Shown here in pieces: positions 36,414-45,959 of a DNA stretch of 64,000 nucleotides. How positions within the stretch are numbered: position 1 is the first letter of the stretch; every line of letters begins with the position of its first letter. The notes beneath the pieces are model-generated. The model searched no databases. It was not told the origin of the DNA and worked only from the letters and a program-made list of their open reading frames with translations. The position numbers were made by a program, and so were the translations under genes. The stretch comes from Candidatus Latescibacterota bacterium (GTDB taxonomy: Bacteria > Latescibacterota > UBA2968 > UBA8231). Where the stretch lies: positions 3,232,001-3,296,000 of the forward strand of contig OZ253462.1 of the NCBI GenBank assembly GCA_965261395.1, written 5' to 3'.

Positions 36414-39305
36414 GTGCGTTGGACAGCTAACATAGCAAAGGCCGCGTTGTTGGCCTTGGTGCTCGCCTTGCAGGCTGGAGCGCAGACGGATTACGACTAC
36501 CGTTTGGGGCAGCAGGAAAGGGGTGAAGTCCGCTTCAGTGCCCAAGGGCCAAGCGTGCTGATGGGGGCCTTGGATCCCACGGTCATGCGCTGGTACATGC
36601 CGCAGGAGCTGTTCGACGAGTACGGCCGTCGCCAGTGGCGCTACACCAACTACGCCACCGAGCCGTACCGGCGCTACATCAACCGCAACCAGGAGGGTTC
36701 GTATTTCTACGACACCTACGGCAAGCTGATCTCGCGCGGCTGGCTGGTGTACGACTGGCGACAGACCCAAGCACGCACCGTCGCGAGCAGCCAGTTGACC
36801 AAAGAGCGGCGCTACGCCTCTTGGTTCAACCGACTGATTATCTCCTCGGATGCGAGCGGCGACTACAACTACTCGCTGATGATCGGCGATGAGATTTTTG
36901 CCACTCTGACGCCGATGACCTTCCGCAAGGTTGGCTTCAATGGGGTCGTGACGAACTTTGCCGCGCGGTATCTGCGAGGCACAGGCTTGTTTTCGCGCCC
37001 GAGCCTGCCCATCGTCGAGATCGACCCGGATATTCCGACCGCCTCGCAGGACAACTTTACCAGTTTAATCGCCGGGCGGCTAGAGGCCGATTTGGGTGCT
37101 AATGCGACCTTGGGCTTGACGTTGGTCAATGCCCACAACGGGGCCGGCAACCGCGAGAGCTTTGAAGGCAATCCGCTCAAAGGAGTGCTGACGACCGGGC
37201 AATTAGGGAGACGGCTCAACAAGCTGATCGTGCGGCTGTCCGACGATTCGCCCGCCGACGGCGAGGGCGGGCCGGTGTTGTTTGGCACGGAGGTGGAGAT
37301 CACCACGGCGCTTCGGCGCGAGGTGCCGGTCGAAGGCGGCGTGCGGATGGTATTCAAGGACACCACCTTCACGGGCAGCAGCATTGGCTTTGCGCCGGTG
37401 ATAGAGGGTGGAGAGGAGCGCGGCGGCTTCTTGCGGGCCGATGGGACGGAGAACATCGTGCTGCAGTACGCGTTGGCTGCCGAAGAGGGCGAAAGCGAGC
37501 AGGGCACCTTGCGCTTGGCCTTGCAGCGCCGATTGGAGTTAGGGCTGGACGAGGCCGACGACGCCATCACCCGCGTCAAAAACGTGCGTTTCCGCTTCGT
37601 GCTGGCCAACGACTACCGGATCGAAGTGGCGTCCGACCGGCAGAACAGCCGCATCGGCATCCCGCAGTTTTTGGTGGTAGCGCAGGCTGCCGGCAATGTC
37701 AAGAATCAGCTCAATCCGCGCGAAGTCGTCTTTGACTACGGCCTGCCGACCGCTTCGCAGATCGTCGGAATGACTGCCGAAGTGCGCGACTGGCAGGGCT
37801 TCGACTTCTACGGCGAATTCAACGTCAGTACCCAGTACCGCCAGTTCCCCTCGACGACGCGCGAATCGCACCGCTCGTTTTCGGGAATCCAAGGCGACGA
37901 GCACGCGGTTGGCTGGCTGTTCAATCTCGTGCGGCACGCAGCCCCTTGGCGCTTTTCCCTCGAAGGCTTTGGCATGGACGACGCCTATGCCACCAGCTTC
38001 AAGCCGGTAGATAGTCGCGGCTTGGTGGACTACTCGCCCGAAGCTACCAACAGGCTCTACGATTTCGTCGAAGACAACGACGATCACGACCGCCACCCTG
38101 ACCAGAAGCGGTTTTTCCAGGGCGGATTGGTGCCGCCGCAATCGACCGCGCTGGGCGGCTTCCAGGTGCGCTCGGACGGCGTGCCCGACCCGGCGGTCTT
38201 CCCTGGGTACGACGAAAACGGCGACTTCATCTCCGACTTCAATCAGAACAGCAACGGCGACCGGGAGAATTTCTTCCCCGATTACGAGGAGCCTTTCCTG
38301 CGCCATCACTCGGACCGGCCGGAGTTCCTCTTTGGCATTGACCTCAACAACAACGGCTGGGCCGAGCGCTTTGAAAACGACGATTTGCCCGACTATCCCT
38401 ACAAGAAGGACCACTGGGGCTACAACGCCTACGCCAGCGTGGAGGTCAATCCCGAAATCCGCCTCTCCACCGGCTACCTGCGCCAGGATATGCGCCAAGT
38501 CGACCGCAAAAATCACACCGCCTATGGGCTTGTTACCTTTGAGCGGGATTGGCCCGGTCGCGGTCGGGTGCGGGTCTTTGACATGCTGAAGAAGGCCGCA
38601 GACACGATCCCCGACCCGCTGTCGCAGTGGATCGTGCCGACGCTCGAATTCGGGGCCGCTGGGCAGACGAGCGGTCAGCATATCGCCGTGCCCGATTTGC
38701 TGGCGGCCGAGGATACTTGGATCAATACGTTCTACGCCGAGTGGCAGTACGCCAGTCCGCGGCGTTGGAAGACTAAGCACCGCTTCAAATGGGACTGGTG
38801 GCATCAGCGCGATGCGCAACTTGGTTCGCTGGGGCCGTTGGGCCGCAATGGCCGCGCGACCTCCGGTTTTGTGGGGTTGATCGACAAGATCGACGGCGTC
38901 TTTGCATGGGGCGCAGTGGCGATTTTGCCCCGCTGCAAAAGCGAGTTCCTCAGCCAATCTCCCTTTTCCTTGGCCGAGCGTCGCCGCCGTTCTTGGGACG
39001 GGATCGGGTCGCTGTTGATCCGCTTCCCCGTGATGCGGGATTCAGAGCTTGAACTGGGGTTTGAGCAGCGGCTGTTTTTCGAGTTGCTGCGGGACGAAAA
39101 GGTCCTGGCGGAAAACGTGCTGACGGGCGATTTCCGCGGCATGGTGTGGGCGGCGCAATTGAGCAATCAGCGAGAGTATTTAGGCTACGAATTGACGACC
39201 CAACTCGGGTTGCGCTTTGATCGGCGTTCGTTGGAAGTGATCGGGCGGGAGCGCGAGACGCGGGTCGCGGGATTGGCTTTTCTGTCGATATTTGCCAGTC
39301 TGTGA
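36414..39305 (+). CDS. Large exported protein, putative outer-membrane beta-barrel (paralog B)
   Basis: Full-length similarity to 32042-34822 (GALDP..WY.PQELF.EYG, TLTPMTF.K, LSDDSP, RPEFLFGIDLNNN); ends FLSIFASL. Confidence 0.65.
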   Translation: MRWTANIAKAALLALVLALQAGAQTDYDYRLGQQERGEVRFSAQGPSVLMGALDPTVMRWYMPQELFDEYGRRQWRYTNYATEPYRRYINRNQEGSYFYDTYGKLISRGWLVYDWRQTQARTVASSQLTKERRYASWFNRLIISSDASGDYNYSLMIGDEIFATLTPMTFRKVGFNGVVTNFAARYLRGTGLFSRPSLPIVEIDPDIPTASQDNFTSLIAGRLEADLGANATLGLTLVNAHNGAGNRESFEGNPLKGVLTTGQLGRRLNKLIVRLSDDSPADGEGGPVLFGTEVEITTALRREVPVEGGVRMVFKDTTFTGSSIGFAPVIEGGEERGGFLRADGTENIVLQYALAAEEGESEQGTLRLALQRRLELGLDEADDAITRVKNVRFRFVLANDYRIEVASDRQNSRIGIPQFLVVAQAAGNVKNQLNPREVVFDYGLPTASQIVGMTAEVRDWQGFDFYGEFNVSTQYRQFPSTTRESHRSFSGIQGDEHAVGWLFNLVRHAAPWRFSLEGFGMDDAYATSFKPVDSRGLVDYSPEATNRLYDFVEDNDDHDRHPDQKRFFQGGLVPPQSTALGGFQVRSDGVPDPAVFPGYDENGDFISDFNQNSNGDRENFFPDYEEPFLRHHSDRPEFLFGIDLNNNGWAERFENDDLPDYPYKKDHWGYNAYASVEVNPEIRLSTGYLRQDMRQVDRKNHTAYGLVTFERDWPGRGRVRVFDMLKKAADTIPDPLSQWIVPTLEFGAAGQTSGQHIAVPDLLAAEDTWINTFYAEWQYASPRRWKTKHRFKWDWWHQRDAQLGSLGPLGRNGRATSGFVGLIDKIDGVFAWGAVAILPRCKSEFLSQSPFSLAERRRRSWDGIGSLLIRFPVMRDSELELGFEQRLFFELLRDEKVLAENVLTGDFRGMVWAAQLSNQREYLGYELTTQLGLRFDRRSLEVIGRERETRVAGLAFLSIFASL

Positions 39306-39338
39306 GGTAGCAGTAGTAGAACTGGAGACAGATGAATT

Positions 39339-39638
39339 ATGAGTGAGAAGATTACGCTTGAAAAGAGTTCGGGTAATGTGTTTGAGGACCTCGGCTTGCC
39401 AGATGCGGAAGAATTATTTCTCAGGGCAACACTTGGGTTTAAAGTGTTTCAGATTATAGAAAACCGGAAGCTGACCCAGGCGGAAGCCGCGAAGATTTTA
39501 GGGGTGAAGCAACCTGAAATATCTCGGCTAAAGAATGGTAAGTTTAACCATTACAGCGTTGAGCGGTTAATGACGTTTCTCAACCGACTGAATCTCGATA
39601 TTGAGATCCATATTATTCCCTCAGAAAATAGCCAATGA
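39339..39638 (+). CDS. XRE/HTH_37 antitoxin-like regulator
   Basis: SSGNVFEDLGL, LTQAEAAKILGVKQPEISRL, YSVERL. Confidence 0.85.
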   Translation: MSEKITLEKSSGNVFEDLGLPDAEELFLRATLGFKVFQIIENRKLTQAEAAKILGVKQPEISRLKNGKFNHYSVERLMTFLNRLNLDIEIHIIPSENSQ

Positions 39639-40060
39639 AAATAGCCTTTGACACCAACGTTATTGTTGCAGCACTTCGCAGCCGTTCAGGTGCTTCTAAT
39701 GCGCTCTTGCGTGCGTTGCATACGGGACAGATTGAAGCTGTCGCGAGTGTGCCTATGATGCTGGAGTATGAAGCGGTCCTGATGCGTCCAGAGCAACGCC
39801 AAGCCGCCGGGATGAGCGTACAGGATGTGAACGTCTTTCTCGATACGTTGGCCCTGCTAGTTACGCCGGTAGTACCCTATTTTCTGTGGCGTCCACTGCT
39901 GCGAGATCCCGACGATGAAATGGTGCTTGACGCCGCAGTCAGTGGTGGTGCGGAGGCGATTGTGACGTTTAACGCGCAGGATTTCTTGCCAGGTTCCACC
40001 CTATTTAACATGCAGATTCTAACGCCTGCACAAGCTATACGATGGCTAAAGAAAGGATGA
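39635..40060 (+). CDS. PIN-domain toxin (PIN_3-like)
   Basis: DTNVIVAALRS, LEYE, RDPDDEMVL..A, IVTFN..DF. Confidence 0.88.
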   Translation: MKIAFDTNVIVAALRSRSGASNALLRALHTGQIEAVASVPMMLEYEAVLMRPEQRQAAGMSVQDVNVFLDTLALLVTPVVPYFLWRPLLRDPDDEMVLDAAVSGGAEAIVTFNAQDFLPGSTLFNMQILTPAQAIRWLKKG

Positions 40061-40065
40061 AGATT

Positions 40066-40338
40066 ATGGCTACCACGAATCCGTATTCCCTCCATCTGCT
40101 CGCCTCGCTCAAATCCGAAGCCGAAAAAGTGGCGGCAGCCGAGGGCACGACGCTCGACCAGTTTATCAACGTGGCCGTAGCGGAGAAGCTAGCGGCCTTG
40201 AGGACCTCCCGTTACTTCCAAGACCGGGCCGCCGGTGCCGATTTGGAGGCTTTTGACCGTCTGCTCGCGACGGCAGGTGATGAGCCGCCGCGCCTTGGGG
40301 ATGAGATGTTGCCGACAGAAAATGAATGTTCCGATTAA
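40066..40338 (+). CDS. RHH/HicB-like antitoxin
   Basis: AEGTTLDQFINVAVAEKLAAL...YF..RA...PPR.GDE; directly follows the PIN gene. Confidence 0.75.
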   Translation: MATTNPYSLHLLASLKSEAEKVAAAEGTTLDQFINVAVAEKLAALRTSRYFQDRAAGADLEAFDRLLATAGDEPPRLGDEMLPTENECSD

Positions 40339-40377
40339 AACGGGGTGCTTTCTATCGCCATAAAACGGGGTCATGGT

Positions 40378-42285
40378 ATGCTAACAGCTTGTATTTTCGC
40401 CCTCGCTTGGCTGACTGGCGGCGCAGATGCGCTGACGATTTATCGGATCGGCGGCTCGTCGCTGCCGAGGCCGGAGTTGGCCGAGGGGGTGGAGTTTGTG
40501 CAGCTCGATTGGGAGGGGGTGGAATCCGCGCAGCACGGCCAAGTCGAATCGCTGAAAATCGATGCGGACTTTATTGAGCCGGAGCAACTGGACCCGTCGG
40601 TAAACCTGACGCCGCGTCTCAAGGAGCGCGGTGGCCGAGTACAGACGCTGGTCTGGCGAGGCTGGGAGCAAAGCGGCGACACTGAGGCCGTGCTCTGGGA
40701 CGAAAACGCAGAGACCGTCTTCTTGGGCGACGGGCATTGGACTACCTCGGGCATCGGCGTGCGCAACAAGAGCCTAATCTTTGAGTTCGGGGGTAACTTC
40801 ACGGTCGAGCGCGTCAAGTTCTATCCGCGCGAGCGCTTTGAGGAAGAGCGCTTCCTACAGCGCTTTATCATCGGCGTCAGCGACGGCAACCCGCTCAAGG
40901 AAGGTACGCGCGAGTACACTGCGGGGACGCGCGGCTCTTTCATCGACTTCGACATCGTGCATCAGGCCACCGAGAACACGACCTCGGTGGTCGAACTGGA
41001 TCTGCCACCGGTGCCGATCCGCCGGATGCTCTTTGAAGCACCTGAAAACACCCAAGGCATCTGGGAAATCGCCGAGTTTGAGATATACGGCAAGGGTTTC
41101 ACGCCGACGGCTCGCTACATGTCCAATGTGCTTGATTTGGGCGGGCGGGCGGCGCTGGGCAGACTAAGCTGGGGGAGTCAAGTCGATTCGGGCGCGCAAA
41201 TCAAGCTAAGTACGCGCGCTGGCGACGACAGCGAACCCAATACCTATTGGCGCAGCACGTTCCGCGGCGATGAGCGGACCCGGCTGGATACTCGGGGGCG
41301 GCCTTTGACGCTGCGGTCGTACAACCGACTGGAGAAGGCGCAGCAGGCCGGAATCACGCCCGACACCGAAAATTGGGAAGGCTGGAGCGCGGCCTATGAC
41401 TTAGTACTGGGCAGCGCTCCGATGCAGGGGACGCAGCCTCGGCAGTTTGTGCAGATCAGGGCTAACTTCCAGTCCACGGTAGAAGCGGGTGGGCGGCTGA
41501 ACTTCGTGCAATTTGCGGTGTCTAAGCCGCCGATGGCCGCCTTGGTTTTGGCCGAGATTGCGCCCGTCTTGGCGACCACGGGCGTGGCGACAGAGTTCAC
41601 TTATATGCTGCTGCCGCGAGTGGAAGCCGAGGACTTGGGTTTCGACACCATTGAGATCGACACGCCGACCCAAGCGGAGGGCATTGACGCGGTGCGCTAC
41701 AGCGGTGAAGAGGTTGCCTTTGCGGTGCGGCGGCTTGATGAGCGCGGCTTTGAGGTCGGCGTCCCACGAATAGACCAAGTGCGCGATGGCGAGCTGATTG
41801 AGGTGGTCTTTCGCTGTGAGGTTTTCAAGTTCGGCACCTTGTTCTCGGGCCGTGTGTACGACAGCACCCGGCCGCAGGAGGTGCGCCAAGTAGTGACGCC
41901 GGGCGAAGTGGTCGAACTGGTCGAGGGCAATACGCTGAGCGTGGGGCTGACTCATATCGCTGGGCAGGTGGTCGGCGCGCTCAGGCTCGTGCCAGCGGCG
42001 TTCACGCCCAACGGGGACCAGATCAACGACGCAGTGCGGGTCGAATACGACCTGTTGAATGTGACCGGGAATGCCGAAGTAGCGGTGGTGCTCTACGATT
42101 TGCAGGGGACGCGGATCGATGAGGTTTTCCGCGGACCGGCGCAGAGCGGACAGTTTGCCGCGCTGTGGGACGGCCGGGACGGAACGGGTGCTCTGCTTGC
42201 GCCTGGGCTGTACGTCCTGCGCCTTGAGGTAGAGACCGATGGGGGCACCAAGGCCCGCTCGCGCATCGTCTCGCTGGCGTACTAA
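40378..42285 (+). CDS. Secreted protein with CHU_C/FlgD-Ig-like C-terminal domain (paralog 2)
   Basis: Signal peptide; AEFEIYGKGF, NWEGWS, FTPNGDQIND...WDGRD..G..LAPGLY...LAY. Confidence 0.8.
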   Translation: MLTACIFALAWLTGGADALTIYRIGGSSLPRPELAEGVEFVQLDWEGVESAQHGQVESLKIDADFIEPEQLDPSVNLTPRLKERGGRVQTLVWRGWEQSGDTEAVLWDENAETVFLGDGHWTTSGIGVRNKSLIFEFGGNFTVERVKFYPRERFEEERFLQRFIIGVSDGNPLKEGTREYTAGTRGSFIDFDIVHQATENTTSVVELDLPPVPIRRMLFEAPENTQGIWEIAEFEIYGKGFTPTARYMSNVLDLGGRAALGRLSWGSQVDSGAQIKLSTRAGDDSEPNTYWRSTFRGDERTRLDTRGRPLTLRSYNRLEKAQQAGITPDTENWEGWSAAYDLVLGSAPMQGTQPRQFVQIRANFQSTVEAGGRLNFVQFAVSKPPMAALVLAEIAPVLATTGVATEFTYMLLPRVEAEDLGFDTIEIDTPTQAEGIDAVRYSGEEVAFAVRRLDERGFEVGVPRIDQVRDGELIEVVFRCEVFKFGTLFSGRVYDSTRPQEVRQVVTPGEVVELVEGNTLSVGLTHIAGQVVGALRLVPAAFTPNGDQINDAVRVEYDLLNVTGNAEVAVVLYDLQGTRIDEVFRGPAQSGQFAALWDGRDGTGALLAPGLYVLRLEVETDGGTKARSRIVSLAY

Positions 42286-42298
42286 GAGGAGAGGGCTT

Positions 42299-44938
42299 AT
42301 GCGCTACATCGCCATCGTTTTACTGTGGGTAGCCGCAGTCCATGCCCAAGGGAGCAGCTACCGGCTCACCGCGGACCAACTCGTGATCGACCGCGCCGCG
42401 CACTGGCGCGCTTGGGAATTCCCGGTGGGCACCCTGACGATCGACGCGAGCGGTACGGTGACGCCGTTTGCCCTGCGCCGCAATACCGACGCGACTAAGG
42501 ACATCGTCCACTTCTTGCGCCTGCATCCGCCCGAAGACCTCGCGCGGGAGAAGGAGACCGAGGAAATCGCGCTCGCGGATGCCATAGAAGCCGGTTCCAA
42601 CGCGCCGGATGTGCTCCATGTGCTCGACGGAGACTTGGCGACCTATTGGGAGCCTGAGCCGGTCGCAGATGCTGCCGAGTTGGGTTCGCAGTGGTGGTTT
42701 ACAATAGATCTGGGCCGGCTGGTCATTGCCAAGCGCATCGTGCTCAAGTTCGTCGAGGAAGGTCTAGGCGATCCCTTCCTGCAGTACGACGTGTTAATCT
42801 CCGACGGCGAGGTACCGGAGAAGTTCATTTCTTCGGAGGAGCCGGAGTTCGATGTGGTGTGGCGCACCTTGAAGCCGAACAAGACCGAGCGGCTGCTGGA
42901 AATTTCCCTCGGCGAGGGCGCGGAGGCCGAGGAGCAGGAACTGTCGGCCCAGCCGATCAACGCCCCGCCGACTTCGGCGATCTCGGTGCCGCAGCAAGAA
43001 TTCGCTGGCACCGGAGTGCGTCTGGTGCAGGTGGTGGTGCGCGGGTCGGACTTCGACCGCGGGTTCGAGGTTAGTCAGGAGGAGTACGAGGCGTTGCCAG
43101 CCGCTGAGCAGGGCGCGATTGTCTATTACAAGTTACAGCGCGACGGGCGTCTGACCGAGGTCGGTGAGGCGGACTATGCGCAGCTATCCGCCAACCAGCA
43201 GGGCGGGGTTTTCTACTATCGCTGGGAGCGGCCCCGGCTGGCCGAACTCGAAGTGTGGCACGAGGGCGACGACGCGATGATTGCCGCCTTGGCCCGAGGC
43301 GGCGACGTGTTTGCCTCTCAGGGGTTGCCGGTGGGGCGGACCATCGACGGCAACGTGCAGACCTATGTGGATCTGATCTTCTCCTTCGACCGCCAGACCA
43401 TTCCCGGCCCCGAAGGCCATCTGAGCTTTGACTTGGGTTCGACGTACTGGATCGACACCTTCCGCATTGCCTACGGCGGCCAGGCGATCCGCGACCGCTT
43501 TAGCTTTCCCTCCTACCGCCTCGACGCCTCGGACGGCGCGCTCAATGCCGATGGCAGCCTCAAGTGGACGACCGTGGCCAGCCGCCAGCAGTCGAGTACG
43601 CGCAAGGAGTATGAGGGTCACGACTTTGCGCTGATCAAGATGCGCTTTTTCCGCATGGTGTGGGAGCAGATCATCGTGCCCGTCGGCGGGCACCGGGGAT
43701 TCCCCGCTTCGGTGCAGCTCTACGGCCAGGGGTTCCAGCCCGAGGTTTGGCTTGAGTCGGGCTTGGTGCGGCTGGGCGGGCGGCGGAACTTGCTGTCGAT
43801 AGAGTGGGACGTCGACGAGCCGCCGGGCACCAGCGTGCTGATTCAGACGCGCACGGGCAATGAGTTGAGCGAGGTGCTGCACTATTTCAAAAAGGATGGC
43901 ACGGAGATTTCCGAGAGGGAATACAACAATCCGACGCTGTTGGACATCTTCAAGGGGCCGATCGTCGCCGAGGAAGTGGAAGGGGACGACTGGAGCGGCT
44001 GGAGCCAGGCCTACGAGGATCCAACGGGCAGCGCGATTACCTCGCCTAGTCCGCGCGAGTTTCTCAAGGTGCGGGCGACCATGCTTTCTGAGGACCCGGA
44101 TATCAGGGCCGCGCTGCGCTCGATCCGCCTCAATTTCACCAGCCCGGTGGCCCAAGGGCTGACGGGCGAGATCGCGCCGTTCAGGGTCGATTCGCTGGGC
44201 GTGGAGCGTCCCTTCTCCCTGTACGTGCGGCCGCAATTCGACCGCCGCGACCCTGGCTTTGACCAGTTGCTGCTGGTCGCGCCGGCGGATATGGCGCTCG
44301 GTTTTGCGGGGCTGTACGCGGGTTCGGCTGGGGACGAGCGCGAGGTGGAGGGCGTCGAGGTCATTCCCACGGACGCGGACAGCTTGCGCCTATCCTTTGC
44401 CGAGATTCGGCCCAATACGGACATTGAGGTCGTGCGCCTCGACTTCCGCACCGCGCTCTTTGGCATGGGTGCGGTGCTGCGCGCATCGCTCCAGCACAGC
44501 GCTGAGGGCGAGGGCACTTGGCAGCGAGTGGATCCAGGCGACGCGCTCGACGAGGTGGCGGGCAATACGACGACGCTGGTGGGTGACCCGACGAGAGGGG
44601 AACTGCTGCTCGATGTGGAGGTGCGCCCGCCGGTATTTACGCCCAATGGCGACGGCGTCAACGACCGCGCGGTTTTCGCCTTCAAAGTCGTGCGTCTGGA
44701 CGACGATGGCCCGTTGGAAGTTGCCATCTACGATCTGAGCGGTCGGCTGCTGCGCCAACTCGCCGAGCAGCGATCGACGAGCACTGGCCAGTACGAGATC
44801 GCTTGGGACGGCACGGACGAGCAAGGGATGCGCGTCCCGCCGGGCGTCTATTGCGCCTTGCTTAGGGTGGCGGTTGATGCTGGGGGATTGAGCGCGGAGC
44901 GGACCAAGGTGTTGCGCACGGTGGCGGTGGCGTACTGA
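42299..44938 (+). CDS. Secreted protein with CHU_C/FlgD-Ig-like C-terminal domain (paralog 3)
   Basis: Signal peptide MRYIAIVLLWVAAVHA; discoidin-like LDGDLATYW; FTPNGDGVND...WDGTDEQG..VPPGVY...VAY. Confidence 0.8.
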   Translation: MRYIAIVLLWVAAVHAQGSSYRLTADQLVIDRAAHWRAWEFPVGTLTIDASGTVTPFALRRNTDATKDIVHFLRLHPPEDLAREKETEEIALADAIEAGSNAPDVLHVLDGDLATYWEPEPVADAAELGSQWWFTIDLGRLVIAKRIVLKFVEEGLGDPFLQYDVLISDGEVPEKFISSEEPEFDVVWRTLKPNKTERLLEISLGEGAEAEEQELSAQPINAPPTSAISVPQQEFAGTGVRLVQVVVRGSDFDRGFEVSQEEYEALPAAEQGAIVYYKLQRDGRLTEVGEADYAQLSANQQGGVFYYRWERPRLAELEVWHEGDDAMIAALARGGDVFASQGLPVGRTIDGNVQTYVDLIFSFDRQTIPGPEGHLSFDLGSTYWIDTFRIAYGGQAIRDRFSFPSYRLDASDGALNADGSLKWTTVASRQQSSTRKEYEGHDFALIKMRFFRMVWEQIIVPVGGHRGFPASVQLYGQGFQPEVWLESGLVRLGGRRNLLSIEWDVDEPPGTSVLIQTRTGNELSEVLHYFKKDGTEISEREYNNPTLLDIFKGPIVAEEVEGDDWSGWSQAYEDPTGSAITSPSPREFLKVRATMLSEDPDIRAALRSIRLNFTSPVAQGLTGEIAPFRVDSLGVERPFSLYVRPQFDRRDPGFDQLLLVAPADMALGFAGLYAGSAGDEREVEGVEVIPTDADSLRLSFAEIRPNTDIEVVRLDFRTALFGMGAVLRASLQHSAEGEGTWQRVDPGDALDEVAGNTTTLVGDPTRGELLLDVEVRPPVFTPNGDGVNDRAVFAFKVVRLDDDGPLEVAIYDLSGRLLRQLAEQRSTSTGQYEIAWDGTDEQGMRVPPGVYCALLRVAVDAGGLSAERTKVLRTVAVAY

Positions 44939-45006
44939 TATTTATCCTCGCCAGAATCAGGACTTGAATTGCCTTTGTACAATAACATCTCCGATGCGAG
45001 AAAGGC

Positions 45007-45456
45007 ATGACCATGCACCGCTTAGATCCCATTCGCACTGAAGCTGATCACGCACGGGCTATGGCCCGTATTGATGAACTATGGGGATCATCCACAGGCA
45101 CTTCGCAGGGGGATGAATTAAAAGCCTTATTCCTGCTGGTAGAAGCCTATGAGCGTGAGTGCTATCCGGTACCTGACGTAGATCCGCTTGTCGCTATCGA
45201 GTTCGCTATGGACCAAGCAGGGCTGACCTCAAAGGATGTGGAATCGTCCTTGGCTCAGAGCGGCATAGTGGATGTTAGTATCGACGATATTTTATCGAGC
45301 AAGCAACCGCTGGGGTTAGATGTAGCCGAAGCCCTTCATCGACACTTGAGCATACCAATGGAGGATCTCATTAAAGAGGAAGAGCAAAAAAAAAGAGAGA
45401 ACCGCATTCATCTAATAGGAAAATCGCAAAGTCTAAGCCACAACGGCTGCAATTGA
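45007..45456 (+). CDS. HigA-like HTH antitoxin
   Basis: PIRTEADH..A..RIDELW, LLVEAYE...YP, DPL.AIEFAMDQ.GL, LHRHLSIP. Confidence 0.8.
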   Translation: MTMHRLDPIRTEADHARAMARIDELWGSSTGTSQGDELKALFLLVEAYERECYPVPDVDPLVAIEFAMDQAGLTSKDVESSLAQSGIVDVSIDDILSSKQPLGLDVAEALHRHLSIPMEDLIKEEEQKKRENRIHLIGKSQSLSHNGCN

Positions 45457-45893
45457 ATGTTCAGACGTCCCGAACCAGCGAAATCGCCTTCAATGTCCGA
45501 CTGTTGGATGTGCTGAGAACCAAGCATCCGCGCTGGCGCGATCACGCCGGCGTGGAGCAACAGGGTGTCCTCCGTGAGACGGCACTGCGGCCGGACATTG
45601 TCATTCGTCCGCCGGGCGGCATTCCGGTGGTCTTGGAGACGGAGTTTATGCCAGCGCGCAGTGTCGAAGCGGATGCCCAAGCCGAGAACATCTTTGAGCA
45701 GTTCAAGGAAAAGGAGTTTCTGCCAGCTAACGAGGCGTATCGGGACGACGCTCGCCAAGCCCTCGACCGAGCCGTCTTGGTGGACCTGTTGCACCTTCCC
45801 GAAGCAGTTCTCGAACCGCTCGCCATTTTGCGCGATCAATGGTGCGCCGAGCCAAGTGTACATGGGGGTAAGAAGACGCAGATTCCAACCTGA
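45453..45893 (+). pseudogene. Probable internally deleted remnant of a large type IIG-like restriction-modification protein
   Basis: N-terminal RPDIVI...VVLETEF nuclease-like motif is joined at ~45677 to a segment (LPANEAYRD...WCAEPSVHGGK) that I recall as the C-terminus of much larger proteins. Not verified by search. Confidence 0.5.
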
Positions 45894-45959
45894 ACAGAAA
45901 GGCATTTGAGATTATATATAACGGGAATTATATTCGCTAATATCGAAAGAGGAGAGACG

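Noticed and set aside
33780-38405. DNA similarity between the two large paralogs as a possible DGR template/variable repeat pair
   Set aside because: Differences look largely synonymous rather than adenine-specific, and no reverse transcriptase is in the window.
37539-38957. Long antisense ORFs (this one, 3462-4616, 9121-10098, 17062-18117, 43184-44236 and others)
   Set aside because: These are typical stop-poor shadow frames opposite well-supported genes in GC-rich DNA.
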